Origin: Lachnospiraceae bacterium
GTDB lineage: Bacteria > Bacillota > Clostridia > Lachnospirales > Lachnospiraceae
NCBI GenBank assembly: GCA_900770325.1
Contig: CAAGKE010000112.1
Location: forward strand, 1 to 46,709
Length of the DNA stretch: 46,709 bases
Direction: 5' to 3'
Shown here: positions 24,651 to 35,200 of the stretch, piece after piece
How positions within the stretch are numbered: the first letter of the stretch is position 1
Layout of the letters: every line of letters starts with the position of its first letter
Made by a program: the position numbers and the translations under genes
Notes under the pieces: model-generated
Database searches by the model: none
Told to the model about the DNA's origin: nothing
Seen by the model: the letters and a program-made list of their open reading frames with translations, nothing else

Positions 24651-24995
24651 TTGCCAAGTAAACGATATGTCAACCTATCACAATATGGAATATCGGACGA
24701 GCGCCGGAGGGAGCTGGTGGCATTTGCTTTGCAATATAAGGAGTGGATTGACGGTCTAAGCCGGCAGGAGAACCCGAAGCTGCGCAAAAAAGTAAATTTG
24801 GTTGAATATGCGGCAAATCAGAGTTCAGAAGAAATTCGCGGGGATTATGGTCTGGCAGAGTACATAATCAAGAACGTGACGGAAGACCGTCCGTACTGGT
24901 ATCTCAAACAAGTTATGAGGATGCCGTACCGAGATAAGGAATTTTACGCTGCCAGGAAGCGATTTTTTGTGATTTTAAATCAGGAAAAAGATTAA
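24651..24995 (+). CDS. hypothetical protein (possibly sigma-r4/ArpU-like regulator)
   Basis: TTG start after GGGAGGTAAGG. The C-terminal PYWYLKQVMRMPYRDKEFYAARKRFFVILN is reminiscent of small phage late regulators, but the match is weak. Confidence 0.6.
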   Translation: MPSKRYVNLSQYGISDERRRELVAFALQYKEWIDGLSRQENPKLRKKVNLVEYAANQSSEEIRGDYGLAEYIIKNVTEDRPYWYLKQVMRMPYRDKEFYAARKRFFVILNQEKD

Positions 24996-25076
24996 TTGCC
25001 AGAATACGGGACATACGTTTGTGTTATTGTGTATGTGGATGGTCATGTAATCACCATTTGCCTTTTCCCCCTACAC

Positions 25077-25104
25077 GGCGGCCTACAATGGGCCGCCATT
25101 TATT
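25077..25104 (+). terminator. intrinsic terminator-like hairpin
   Basis: GGCGGCC-tacaatg-GGCCGCC followed by ATTTATT. Confidence 0.55.
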
Positions 25105-25137
25105 GAAATGTACCAGATTGATTGTTGAGGTGAGAAC

Positions 25138-26574
25138 GTGGGAACCCCAATAAGAACAAGAAACTATCATAAACGGGAAAATTTGTTCGGTCGCAGGGTT
25201 TATTTTACAGATGAGGAAAGCATTACAAGAAAAAATGTGGTGGAAGTCTTAAATAAAGCTCTTGTGCACCACAATATAAACCGGTCTGAAATTGAATATT
25301 TGGATAATTACTATCGCGGAGACCAGCCTATTCTTTATCGCGTGAAAAAGGTTCGGCCAGAGATCAATAATAAGATTGTTGAAAATTTCGCCCTTGATGC
25401 GGTCAATTTCCATACTGCGCAGAATTATGGAGAGCCAATTCAGTATGTCAACGCTTCGCCGGACAAAGATATCTCCAAAGAAATCAATATGTTAAATTCC
25501 CTGATGCGGCTGGAAAATAAAGCATATTGGGACATTGAGCTTGGAACCTGGCAAAACATCGCCGGCACAGCATACCGTTTTGTTCTTCCGGACAGATCGG
25601 CAAACATCAAAGATAGCGAGTGTCCGTTTACCCTGGACGTGCTTGACCCGAGATTTGCCTTTGTGGTCTATTCTAAACGGATAGGTAAAAAAGCAGCTAT
25701 GGGCGTCCGAATCATTGAAAACGAGAAAGACGGAGACATCTATGAGTGCTACACCAGGCAGTATAGATGGAGGATACAGGGCGGGAAAATCATTCAGGAA
25801 AAAATCAATCCTCTTAATGCAATCCCCATTATTGAGTATCCAAAGAACAGCCGGCGGATGGGCGTCATAGAAATGACGATCACCATTACGGACGCCATGA
25901 ACACAGCAACTTCCAATCGTCTTGATGGAATTGAACAGTTCGTACAGGCGTTTATGAAGTTTGTAAACTGTAAAATTGACAAGGACAAGTTCCTTGAAAT
26001 GGTACAGCTTGGTGCGGTCACTGTAAAAGGAGAACCGGGGCTTCCTGCGGATGTGGATGTCGTATCTTCTCAGCTTGACCAGAGCCAGACCCAGGTAACA
26101 AAAGATGATCTGTATAAATCCTACCTGATTGTGCAGGGAATGCCGTCCAGGGAACAGAATACCGGCGGTGATACGGGTTCTGCGGTTTATTTGAGAAATG
26201 GATGGGATTTCGCTGAAAAAAGGGAAGAGATAGGAGAACCGATTGATAAGAAATCCGAAATGGAATTTCTTAAGGTGGTTACGAAAATTCTTCGGAATTA
26301 CGATATTCTTGATATACAACTGAAAGATATTGATGTCAATATCACCAGAAACAAAACGGACAATATGCTGGTGAAATCGCAGGCGCTTCAGATTCTTTTG
26401 GACTGCGGCGTGGATGACGAAACAGCATTGGCAATCGTACAGCTTTTCTCTGATCCGCAGAAGGTATATGCAAAATCTAAGGATCGGATGCAGAATCGGT
26501 ATGATTCAAAATTTAATAAAGATATAGGAGGCGGCAATATTGCAATCCAAGAAAAAGGAACTGCCTCTGGTTGA
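25138..26574 (+). CDS. portal protein (SPP1 gp6-like)
   Basis: IEYLDNYYRGDQPILYR.K..RPEINNKIVENFA and its size and position after terL. GTG start after GAGGTGAG. Confidence 0.9.
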   Translation: MGTPIRTRNYHKRENLFGRRVYFTDEESITRKNVVEVLNKALVHHNINRSEIEYLDNYYRGDQPILYRVKKVRPEINNKIVENFALDAVNFHTAQNYGEPIQYVNASPDKDISKEINMLNSLMRLENKAYWDIELGTWQNIAGTAYRFVLPDRSANIKDSECPFTLDVLDPRFAFVVYSKRIGKKAAMGVRIIENEKDGDIYECYTRQYRWRIQGGKIIQEKINPLNAIPIIEYPKNSRRMGVIEMTITITDAMNTATSNRLDGIEQFVQAFMKFVNCKIDKDKFLEMVQLGAVTVKGEPGLPADVDVVSSQLDQSQTQVTKDDLYKSYLIVQGMPSREQNTGGDTGSAVYLRNGWDFAEKREEIGEPIDKKSEMEFLKVVTKILRNYDILDIQLKDIDVNITRNKTDNMLVKSQALQILLDCGVDDETALAIVQLFSDPQKVYAKSKDRMQNRYDSKFNKDIGGGNIAIQEKGTASG

Positions 26575-26722
26575 AGTGAGATGCGCAAATCCGGAGTGCA
26601 ATAGGCTCCTGGTAAAGGCCAGGGGTGATGTAGTGGCGGATTGCCGCAGATGCAAAGGCAGGACGATTTTCTACTACGGCAGTGGTAAAAGTCGTTTTAT
26701 TGACAGAACAGAGAAACTTTAG
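26540..26722 (+). CDS. Mu Com-like zinc-finger protein
   Basis: VEVRCANPECNRLLVKARGDVVADCRRCKGRTIF follows the Com pattern (RC..C.KLL.KA......RCPRCK). TTG start 10 nt after AGGAGG. Confidence 0.6.
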   Translation: MQSKKKELPLVEVRCANPECNRLLVKARGDVVADCRRCKGRTIFYYGSGKSRFIDRTEKL

Positions 26723-26738
26723 TGTACCGAGAGTACCA
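26722..26738 (+). promoter_or_regulatory. late-region motif copy 2 (GTGTACCGAGAGTACCA)
   Basis: It starts at the last base of the Com-like gene's TAG stop and precedes the head-gene block. Confidence 0.55.
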
Positions 26739-26761
26739 TTCAAGACCAGCAATGGTTTTTG
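26735..26761 (+). terminator. weak terminator-like hairpin sharing its 5' arm with motif copy 2
   Basis: ACCATT-caagaccagc-AATGGT followed by TTTTT. Confidence 0.4.
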
Positions 26762-26861
26762 ATATGGCGCTCTTTTATTTTTGCCAGCTGTGGCGTCAAA
26801 ACAGCAGTGAGCCAGCGGAGCGACCCGCGATAACAAAGCGTAGGCGACGGAAGGAGATTAT

Positions 26862-27443
26862 ATGGCATTAACACGTGAGGACATCAAGAAACAGTTCCCG
26901 GATGCAACGGATGAACAGATCACAGCACTTCTCAATTCATATCAGGCAGACATTCAGGAAGAGAGAAGGAAAGCTGCTGCGGATGCCGCAGAGGTTAAGC
27001 GGTTGAAGGGTGTTGAGAAGGAGCTGGAAACCATGAAAAATGAAAAGCTGACCGACCAGGAAAAACTGGACAAAGCTTTGAAGGATGCGGAAGCCGAAAA
27101 GTCAAAGTATATCAAAGCCCAGAACAAAGTTAAGGTAGCAGAGGAGTTGGTCAAGGCTGGACTGACAGAGGAAGACTATTCCGGATTCATTGACAGTTTT
27201 GTGAGCGAAGATTTAAATACCTCTCTGGCTAGCGTGCAGGCATTTACAAAGACGTTTGCTGCTAAGAACGCCGCAGCAGCCAAGGCAAAGGAAAAGGAAT
27301 TAACCGACGGCCTGGGAGACGATGGCGGCAGCGACGGAGAAAAGGGGAAAGGTGAAAAGACTCCTGACGTGGAATTTGCTGAGAAACTTGCTGGATCCAT
27401 GCCAAAAGCTCCGGAAACCAGCGCATTTGATTATTACAAATAA
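26862..27443 (+). CDS. scaffolding protein (GP20-like)
   Basis: Coiled-coil, Ala/Lys/Glu-rich, and placed between the portal and capsid genes. Confidence 0.8.
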   Translation: MALTREDIKKQFPDATDEQITALLNSYQADIQEERRKAAADAAEVKRLKGVEKELETMKNEKLTDQEKLDKALKDAEAEKSKYIKAQNKVKVAEELVKAGLTEEDYSGFIDSFVSEDLNTSLASVQAFTKTFAAKNAAAAKAKEKELTDGLGDDGGSDGEKGKGEKTPDVEFAEKLAGSMPKAPETSAFDYYK

Positions 27444-27457
27444 GGAGGCACGACACT

Positions 27458-27784
27458 ATGAAGGTGATTGGGAAAAGCTTTGGGCAGCCAATTGAAATTT
27501 TGAAGTTTAATGATTTTAAGGGCGCAGCTTGCATGGTAAGTGAATCTACTGGAACCTGCCAGGAGGTAGGAGGTCGCAAGATCTTGAAGGCTGGTACGCC
27601 TTATCCGTCTAATGATGCAAGCTGTCTGGGTTTCCTGCTCCATGATGTAGATGTTACGGATGGAGAAAGACCGGCAACCTATATTTATGAAGGGGCTATT
27701 AAAAATTCGGCTCTCACAGCAAACGGTGTGACGGTAGCGGAGTTGGCCAAGTCCGCAGTTCCGAGAGTGACGTTTTTTGACTAA
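27458..27784 (+). CDS. head decoration protein (lambda gpD-like)
   Basis: CLGFLLHDVDVTDGERPATYIYEGAIKNSAL parallels lambda gpD's AVGILAVAAD...TFYKSGTFRYEDV. It lies immediately upstream of a gpE-like capsid gene. Confidence 0.6.
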   Translation: MKVIGKSFGQPIEILKFNDFKGAACMVSESTGTCQEVGGRKILKAGTPYPSNDASCLGFLLHDVDVTDGERPATYIYEGAIKNSALTANGVTVAELAKSAVPRVTFFD

Positions 27785-27803
27785 GTAGAAGGAGGTACAT
27801 ATT

Positions 27804-28886
27804 ATGCCAGCATTACCGTTAAATGAAGCATTTACGGCCAGAGCTATTGGTTTGTTCTGGAATTCCTACCAGCAGACCCTTGGCTTACCGCCATATCTGG
27901 GAAGCACATTATTCCCGAAAAATAAAACTCCGCTGATGGATCTTAAGTGGTTCTATGGAGCGAGTGGGCTTCCTGTTTCCCTTACTCCATCCAATTACGA
28001 TGCTCAGGCAACCTTAAGAGACCGTATCGGATTCAACCAGATCGAGACGGAAATGCCGTTTTTCCGTGAGTCTTATCTGGTAAAAGAGAAGGATGCAGCC
28101 GAGTACGAGAAGCTGATGAATTCCGATGAAGCATATGTTGCTGAACTGATGCGGCGAATCATGATCGGGCCGACTGATCTGATTCAGGGTGCAAATGTGG
28201 TGCCGGAGAGAATGATCTGGCAGCTGCTTGCTCCGGAAGACGGATCTCCAAAGATTGCGATCTCTGCCAACGGAGTGAACTACGACTACAATTATGACCC
28301 AAACGGCGAGTATAAGACCAACAACTTCATGGAGCTGACGTCTTCTACCGATAAATGGACAGATACCGAAAATTCTGACCCTTACGAGGATTTAAGGGCT
28401 GCCCAGAAGGCTCACAAGAAGAAGTACGGAACCGTTCCTTCGGTTGCAGTAATGAACGATAATACGTTCCAGCTGATCGTGAAGAACAAGAAAATTCATA
28501 ATTACCTTCTGGCTCAGAACATGAGCGCAAACATCATGGTGACAGATGCGATTGTGAAGCAGTTTTTCAGAGAGCAGTTAAAGCTTACCATTTACGTATA
28601 TGATCTGATGTACATGAATGAATCCAAAGTATCCAAGACGTTTGTTCCGGACAATGTAGTTACACTTCTTCCGGGAACCAGCGCACTGGGAAATACCTGC
28701 TATGGCCGTACTCCTGAGGAGCGTTCCGGAAATCAGTCTACAGGAGAGCTGAGCATCGTGGATACTGGTGTAGCGCTGTATACCTATACGGAGCCTCATC
28801 CGCTTAAGACCCACTGCATCTGTTCCGAGATCGTTCTCCCAACCTATGAGAGAATCATGGATACCTACGTGATGAAGGTAGCTTAA
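27804..28886 (+). CDS. major capsid protein (lambda gpE family)
   Basis: KTFVPDNVVTLLPGTSALGNTCYG parallels lambda gpE's KNFLPDNTMVLGNTQARGLRTYG. 360 aa. Confidence 0.85.
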   Translation: MPALPLNEAFTARAIGLFWNSYQQTLGLPPYLGSTLFPKNKTPLMDLKWFYGASGLPVSLTPSNYDAQATLRDRIGFNQIETEMPFFRESYLVKEKDAAEYEKLMNSDEAYVAELMRRIMIGPTDLIQGANVVPERMIWQLLAPEDGSPKIAISANGVNYDYNYDPNGEYKTNNFMELTSSTDKWTDTENSDPYEDLRAAQKAHKKKYGTVPSVAVMNDNTFQLIVKNKKIHNYLLAQNMSANIMVTDAIVKQFFREQLKLTIYVYDLMYMNESKVSKTFVPDNVVTLLPGTSALGNTCYGRTPEERSGNQSTGELSIVDTGVALYTYTEPHPLKTHCICSEIVLPTYERIMDTYVMKVA

Positions 28887-28899
28887 GGAGGGCATGAAG

Positions 28900-29202
28900 A
28901 TGAAATATGACCATCTGGTGAAAGCAAACGGAAAATTCTACTGGCCCGGTGAAGATGTGCCGGAGCCTGTAGAATCCGTGGCAGATATCCCGGGAGATGA
29001 TTTTACAGATGAAATCCCCGAAGATGACCCTCTGGATGATGACCCGGTTCATGACAGCGATGCATCTGAGAAATACAAGGAATGGCAGCTTAAGGCCATG
29101 AACAGGGACAAGCTTGTGGAAATCTGCCATGAAAAAGGCATTGAGTACACAGAGGATGCAACGAAGGGAATCCTTATCAATCTGATCTTAGAAAAGCAGT
29201 AA
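28900..29202 (+). CDS. acidic protein with C-terminal HeH/Rho-N-like motif
   Basis: LKAMNRDKLVEICHEKGIEY..TKGILINLIL. An alternative ATG at 28894 lies too close to the AAGGAGG. Confidence 0.65.
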   Translation: MKYDHLVKANGKFYWPGEDVPEPVESVADIPGDDFTDEIPEDDPLDDDPVHDSDASEKYKEWQLKAMNRDKLVEICHEKGIEYTEDATKGILINLILEKQ

Positions 29203-29215
29203 GGAGGGGAACAGT

Positions 29216-29578
29216 ATGGCAGACGCAGTTGAAATCAAAAAAGATGAGCTGTTTCAGCGCTTTTGCCGCCGGGTGAAAAAGAATGTTGAAAGCCTGGATG
29301 AAGATGCTGTGCTGTCCCTGAATGATTTTCTGGAAGATGCCAAAAAGACTGTGGTAAAGAGGGCATTTCCTTTTGGCTATACAGAGGAAAAAGCAGCTCA
29401 GGCAGTTGAAGAATATTCCAACGTGGTAATAAACGTTGCGGATTATCTTTACAGCAAGGATGGGGCAGCCGGTGAGACCCAACATACTGCCGCAGGTGTT
29501 ACGAGACAGTATGGTTCTGCCGGAATCCCTTCAGAGTTCTTTTATGAGATCACACCGGAAGTTGGTGTTCTGTCATGA
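29216..29578 (+). CDS. head-tail connector (gp6-like) protein
   Basis: Assigned from size, position and a helical N-terminal half. Confidence 0.65.
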   Translation: MADAVEIKKDELFQRFCRRVKKNVESLDEDAVLSLNDFLEDAKKTVVKRAFPFGYTEEKAAQAVEEYSNVVINVADYLYSKDGAAGETQHTAAGVTRQYGSAGIPSEFFYEITPEVGVLS

Positions 29579-30054
29579 GAGACCTTCAGGTCAACTTGCA
29601 GCCGATATATTATGCGATGTACGTGGGATTTATGGAAGGCACTGTGAATGGTTTTCCTTCCGGTCAGCCTGCGCCACAATATACCAATCCACGTCCGGCC
29701 ATGGTATGCATTTCCACACCGACCGGTGAAAACGAAAGTACGCCTTTTGGTTCTTTTACGGATTATGACAAGGTTATGACCACGGCAAACGATGATTTTA
29801 AGGCAGATGAGCATTCGGTTCTTTGGGTGGATGATATGCCGCTGATTAAGGCAGATGGCTCCACCGATACTCCCCCGGATTATGAAATCAAAAAATATGC
29901 GCCGTGGGGAGGACAAAAGACCTATGCCATCAAGAAAAAGGCCGCAAATATGGATGATATGGAATATCTTAAAAAGCTTCTTTCAAACGGTTCCATTTCG
30001 CAGGCAGAGTATGACAAATACAGCGCCATGATGGAGGGCCAGAATGAAGATTAA
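29575..30054 (+). CDS. head-tail joining / head closure protein
   Basis: Assigned from position. ATGA overlap with the upstream gene. Confidence 0.6.
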   Translation: MRDLQVNLQPIYYAMYVGFMEGTVNGFPSGQPAPQYTNPRPAMVCISTPTGENESTPFGSFTDYDKVMTTANDDFKADEHSVLWVDDMPLIKADGSTDTPPDYEIKKYAPWGGQKTYAIKKKAANMDDMEYLKKLLSNGSISQAEYDKYSAMMEGQNED

Positions 30055-30553
30055 GATTTCTCTTGACAAATCCAGTGTAGATGATGCCATTCGACAGGTG
30101 CAGAGATTCAAAGATGATCTTCACCGCAAGAATGAAATATTTGTTCAGCGTTTGGCTGAAATGGGAGCCAAAGACATCAATGTAAGCCTGCAATCTATCG
30201 GCGCAGTAGTTCCGCACGATGAGCCTATAGGCACAGCTTATATTGATAATATGGCATTGTACAGTGCGGTGAGGATGCGTATTGTGGTGGCGTCCAGCAT
30301 GATTCTGTTTGTGGAGTTTGGTACCGGTATTCGATATTCTGGCACCCAGAATCCAAAAGCTACGGAATTGGGCATGGGCCCCGGCACATATCCGGGGAAA
30401 GGCCACTGGGATGATCCAAACGGATGGAGTTATCAAGATGCCTCCGGTGTATGGCACCATACATATGGTATTCGGGCACAGATGCCAATGTATAATGCGT
30501 CCCAGAAAATGATACAGGAAACGGTACGAATAGCAAAGGAGGTGTTTGGGTGA
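30044..30553 (+). CDS. HK97 gp10-like tail-completion family protein
   Basis: Assigned from position and the N-terminal pattern VDDAIRQVQRFKDDL... Confidence 0.6.
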   Translation: MKIKISLDKSSVDDAIRQVQRFKDDLHRKNEIFVQRLAEMGAKDINVSLQSIGAVVPHDEPIGTAYIDNMALYSAVRMRIVVASSMILFVEFGTGIRYSGTQNPKATELGMGPGTYPGKGHWDDPNGWSYQDASGVWHHTYGIRAQMPMYNASQKMIQETVRIAKEVFG

Positions 30554-30948
30554 TAAACATATCCATTGAGCAGTATGCGAGGGTTAAAACGGCCATTAAG
30601 GCCAAATGCAAAAACTCAGGTCGTGTTGAGCCCAGAACCCTCCCGAAACTGCCGTATGTAGTTTTTGAGCAGTTGAATAATCCGATTGCAAAAGACCGGA
30701 TTGACAGTGATTGCGTGGAAAATGCAGTTACCCCTACGGTTCAGATCAGCGTGTACACGCAGGGCGATACCTCGTTGACAGACAATGAGGAGATTATGGC
30801 TCTGGCAGATGCTCAGATGATTTCTGACGGCTGGCTGAGAACCTTCGGGCCGCAGGAAGTGAAAAATATTCTTGATGATTCCGTGCTTCGCTATGTTGCC
30901 AAATATGAAGCAAAAGTGGACAGCGAAGGCGTTATATGGAACCGATAA
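30550..30948 (+). CDS. tail terminator / completion protein
   Basis: Assigned from position. GTG start 7 nt after AAGGAGG. Confidence 0.6.
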   Translation: MINISIEQYARVKTAIKAKCKNSGRVEPRTLPKLPYVVFEQLNNPIAKDRIDSDCVENAVTPTVQISVYTQGDTSLTDNEEIMALADAQMISDGWLRTFGPQEVKNILDDSVLRYVAKYEAKVDSEGVIWNR

Positions 30949-30961
30949 CTTAATAAAGCCA

Positions 30962-30979
30962 GTGTACCGCAGTGTACCA
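30962..30979 (+). promoter_or_regulatory. late-region motif copy 3 (GTGTACCGCAGTGTACCA)
   Basis: 27 nt upstream of the major tail gene ATG. ATTTTTT follows. Confidence 0.6.
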
Positions 30980-31006
30980 ATTTTTTAATGCAAGGAGGAA
31001 GCAACT

Positions 31007-31429
31007 ATGGCTGAAGTAAAAGCATTAAGCACAATTGGTACATTTTTATTTCAGGGTACCAGCAAGGAAACATTAACCAAACTTTGCAAAATTAAGAAGT
31101 ATCCGGATCTGGGTGGAGCGCCGGATATGATCGATGTTACTGATTTGGAAGATACCGATGAATCCAAAATCAGGGGAGTGAGAAAGGCTTCTGATATGGC
31201 CTTTACTGCCAACTACACTCCGGAAGCCTACAAGGATGTGGAAGATAAGGCAGATGTTGAAGGATTCTATGAGGTTCGATTCGGTGACGAAACCGGCAAG
31301 GACGGTATCTTTGCTTTTCAGGGAAGCCATACCGTATATGCTGTGGGTGGAGATGTGAATGCAGCCCGTGATATGACTATCACGATTGCCAGAACTTCCA
31401 AAGTAACGTTTTCCACTCCGTCGACCTGA
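31007..31429 (+). CDS. major tail protein
   Basis: 140 aa. KKYPDLGGAPDMIDVTDLEDT..K..G matches the TP901-1/phi13-type tail tube pattern. It lies upstream of the G/GT genes and the tape measure. Confidence 0.8.
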   Translation: MAEVKALSTIGTFLFQGTSKETLTKLCKIKKYPDLGGAPDMIDVTDLEDTDESKIRGVRKASDMAFTANYTPEAYKDVEDKADVEGFYEVRFGDETGKDGIFAFQGSHTVYAVGGDVNAARDMTITIARTSKVTFSTPST

Positions 31430-31457
31430 TAATCTGAGAAAAAGGAGCGAATCATAA

Positions 31458-31895
31458 ATGAAAAAGTTCATTGTAGGAAATGGGAAAGAGCAGAAAACGT
31501 ATCAGCTGGAGCTGTCTTTCAATACGGTAGTTGATACCGATCTGATGGAAAAGATGGAGGACTGCCAGAAGATCATCAAAGACCTTCAGGATGCCACAAA
31601 GAAGAAAAATGCAGAAGCAAGGAAAGAAATTCTTCAGATTACCACAAAACTGTTTGGGCTTGTTCGATACATGATGTTTATCTGCCTTCAGGAAAATCAC
31701 GAAGACGAGTTTCAGACAGAAAAGCAGGCAGGAAAGCTCATTCAGCGCGCTATCTCTGAGAATGGCGTAAATATTATTGATATTTTCAATATTATTGATG
31801 AATGTGCATCAGAAGCGGATTTTTTATCAAAGATGATGGGAGGGCAGGAGCCTCCGGTTCAGCCTCAGGACCATCAGCCGAAGGTAGTGAAATAA
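31458..31895 (+). CDS. tail assembly chaperone (G)
   Basis: Assigned from position and its acidic C-terminus. Confidence 0.8.
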   Translation: MKKFIVGNGKEQKTYQLELSFNTVVDTDLMEKMEDCQKIIKDLQDATKKKNAEARKEILQITTKLFGLVRYMMFICLQENHEDEFQTEKQAGKLIQRAISENGVNIIDIFNIIDECASEADFLSKMMGGQEPPVQPQDHQPKVVK

Positions 31896-32251
31896 GAAGC
31901 TTCAAGGATGCAATTTATCAAATATGGCTGCCTCAGGCAATCTTTCTGGGAATCCCGGAAGAACGCTTTTGGCAGCTGAATCCTCGCAAAATGAAGCCTT
32001 GGAAACGGGCGCATGAACTTCGCTTAGACTATGATGATTTTAAGGCATGGATTTCCGGACAGTATATCATGATGGCCGTAAATGCGGCGTGGAATGGGAA
32101 AGCTGATGTTTACCCGAAACAGCCGTTCGGTCAGATGAAAGATGCTCAGGAGAATCCAGAAAACCATGACTATCAGTTGGATGCATTGAAGTTCTTGCAG
32201 TATTGCAAGGCTATGGACGATGAATTTGATGATTTAACAAAGAAAAAATAG
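31458..32251 (+). CDS. tail assembly chaperone GT, made by -1 programmed frameshift at 31820-31826
   Basis: The downstream ORF is in the -1 frame relative to G and overlaps it. The join is 31458..31826 plus 31826..32251. Confidence 0.7.
31820..31826 (+). promoter_or_regulatory. slippery heptamer T TTT TTA for the G/GT -1 frameshift
   Basis: In the zero frame, GAT TTT TTA reads X XXY YYZ. The -1 reading gives FFIKDDGRAG..., which matches the second ORF. Confidence 0.7.
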
Positions 32252-32268
32252 TGTACCGCAGTGTACCA
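32251..32268 (+). promoter_or_regulatory. late-region motif copy 4 (GTGTACCGCAGTGTACCA)
   Basis: Identical to copy 3. It starts at the last base of the GT stop codon. Confidence 0.6.
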
Positions 32269-32288
32269 CCGGAAGGCTGGTGGTATAC
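32261..32288 (+). promoter_or_regulatory. 10-bp hairpin built on motif copy 4, SD-like loop, ending 1 nt before the tape-measure GTG
   Basis: GTGTACCACC (32261-70) pairs with GGTGGTATAC (32279-88), with one G-U pair. The loop is GGAAGGCT. Confidence 0.6.
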
Positions 32289-32289
32289 C

Positions 32290-35200
32290 GTGGGAGCTAC
32301 TATTGAAGAGTTAAGTATTGATATCGTTTCGAATCTTGGGGATGCTGACAAGGCGCTCGATCGTCTTTCAAACAGCCTTTCCAGAATGTCAAATACGCTT
32401 GGCGGTTTTGATACCGGCAAGCTTTTTGGCATTTCCAATGGAATTTCCAGCTTAAGTGGTGCAATGCGTGGAATCCAGTCTGTTAAGACCACGGATTTTA
32501 CGAGGATAGCCAATGGTATTTCCAAATTAAGCGCCGCAGATGGTTCGAAGCTTTCTGCAATTGGGCAGGGAATGCAGAGAATGGCAGCCGGCATGCAGAA
32601 CATAAGCGGCGTAGCTTCAGCAGCATCCAATATTGCAACTGCGGCATCTGGAATAGCAAAGTTCGGCGGCGTAAAGGTTAATGCTGCTGTTGGGAACATT
32701 AATGCGCTTGCTCCAGCGCTGACTGCGCTCAATAGCTCTGTAGCGAATTTGGGGCAGTTCCCGGACATTTCCCAGTTTGTCACAACAATTTCGAAACTGG
32801 GTAATAAATCCGTAGGAAATGCAATCAGCAATCTTCCGAATCTGGCAAATGCCCTTAATCAAGCTATGCAGACGCTTTCCACGGCTCCTAAGGTAAGCCA
32901 GAACGTCATTTCTCTGACAAATGCACTGGCGAATCTTGCGGCGCAGGGCGGCAGGGCCAGAACGGCGGCAGCGGGTCTTTCCACAGCATTGAACGGAATA
33001 TCAACGTCCAGTAGGCGGGGAGTTTCCGGGGTAAATTCCTTTACGTCGAGTATCCGGAACTTACTGGGGGCTGCGGGTATTTATCTTGGAATCCGTCAGC
33101 TGATGCAATTTGGAAAGCAGTGCCTTGAATTTGGTTCCAGTCTCACTGAGGTGCAGAATGTTGTTGATGTTGCTTTTGGCAACATGGCAAACGCCGCAAA
33201 TAATTTTGCCGCGAATAATGCGCAAAAGTTTGGACTGTCTGAACTGGCTGCGAAACAGTACAGCGGCGTTTTAAAGGCCATGTACAATTCTCTGGGTGTT
33301 AACAATGCGCAGGGAACAGAAATGGCCCTTGGGCTGACCAGTCGCGCCGGTGATCTGGCTTCTTTCTACAATATCGATTCAAAAGACGCTTTCGCAAAAA
33401 TCCGGTCTGCGGTATCTGGTGAGACAGAGCCAATGAAGCAGCTGGGCGTCAATATGAATGTGGCGAACCTGAATGCCTATGCTCTGTCAAATGGTTTCGG
33501 GAAACTGTACGACAAAATGAGCTTGGCAGAACAGGCCATGCTCCGGTATCAGTACATTATGTCCACGACAAACCAGGTATCTGGCGATTTTGAACGTACG
33601 TCCGGCTCTTTTGCAAACCAGTTGAGGATTTTGCAGCTGAATTTCCAGTCATTCTCAGCAACGATGGGACAGGGCTTTATTAATGTGATCGTCCATGTTA
33701 TCAGCGCCCTTAATTCCCTCCTCGCACATCTTCAGACGGTTGCCAATGCTTTCCGCGCCTTTACTGCGCTCATTTTTGGCGATAACTCTGCGCAGGCTGG
33801 GGGCGGTGGAATCGCAGATGAAATTACGGGCGCTGCCGGTGCTGCGGATAATCTGGCAAATAATCTGGGTGGAGCTTCAAAGGCTGCAAAAGAACTGAAG
33901 AATGCCACAATGGGCATTGATGAATTGAATATTGTTTCTCAGGATGATACCAGCGGATCAGGCAGCGGCGGAGCTGGAGGCGTCGGCGGCGCGGCAGTAG
34001 ATTATGGAACGTTGAGTGAGGGCACAAGTTTTATTGATGATCTCAACTCAAAGCTTTCAGAGATGCTGGATCTTCTGGAACCTACCACCAATGCGCTGAA
34101 AAAATTGTGGGATGAAGGTCTGTCAAAATTAAAGGACTTCACATTTGGCACACTTCAGGATTTCTATGACAAGTTCCTTAAACCTGTGGGACTGTGGACA
34201 TTAAGTGAGGAAGGCTTGCCCCGGTTTATCAATATCACCAATGATATGTTAAACCGGATTAATTGGACACGGTTACAGGATAGCTTACGGAGGTTTTACG
34301 AACAGCTGGCAAGGCTCACAAAACTGGTATTTACAAGTTTACTTGATTTTTACGAAGAGTTTTTAGTCCCGATTGCCGCATGGACTTTAGGTGACGCTTT
34401 ACCACGTTTAATTGATGTTATTACAAATCTTTCAGAAAATATAAACTGGGAAGGGCTTGTATCCTCTCTTAAGAATTTGTATGAAGCCCTGTCTTATTTT
34501 GCCATAGGCATAGGAGAGGGGCTGGTATCCTTTGTTGAGGGTTTGGCTAGGGTACTTACTCCTGCAATCAGCGGAGCGGTAGATTTGCTGTCAAAGGCCC
34601 TGAATGGTATTGCTGATGCTATAAAGTTAATTCCGGAAGGAACGTTGGCTGCTGTTGGCGGAGCTATCGGAGGGCTGGCAACAGCAATTCTGGCTTTCAA
34701 TGGAATTTCTGCAGCTATTACAGCGATTGAAAATGCAGGAAAAGCCTTCAGCGGGCTTTTGGCAGCTGCGGCGGCAAATCCTGTGCTTGCGTTGGCAGGG
34801 GCGTTAGGTGCGCTTGCAGGTGCCTTTATTGCCATGGAACAGAATTGGTCAAACCAGGTGGCAGAACAGTTCTTGCAGTTCCAGCAGAGCATAGGCTCAA
34901 ACACTTCGGATGTGCAGGCGGCTGCGGATTCGCTCTATGAGCTGGCAGACAGCAGTTCCAGAATTGTAGCATCAGCAGAAGCAGATGCAAAGCAGTTAGA
35001 TACGCTGAAAGAAGCATATTTCAGGTTGGCTGACCAAACCTATTTAACAGCTCAGGATCAGATTGAATTAAAAGAATATGCACAGCAGCTGATTGATAAA
35101 TGCCCTGAATTAAAGAGCATGATCGATCAGACTACGGGACGATATTCAGCGCAACGAGAAGAGCTTGAGAAAGTTATCAAAAAACACGAAGATTACATGA

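Noticed and set aside
25492-26319. 275-aa minus-strand ORF inside the portal gene
   Set aside because: It is antisense to a confidently identified portal gene, has a low-complexity composition and has no RBS.
32251-32289. GTG at 32251 as the tape-measure start (as in the ORF track)
   Set aside because: It would put the conserved late motif and the 10-bp hairpin inside the coding sequence with no RBS. The GTG at 32290 follows the SD-like loop. The choice is not certain and both remain possible.
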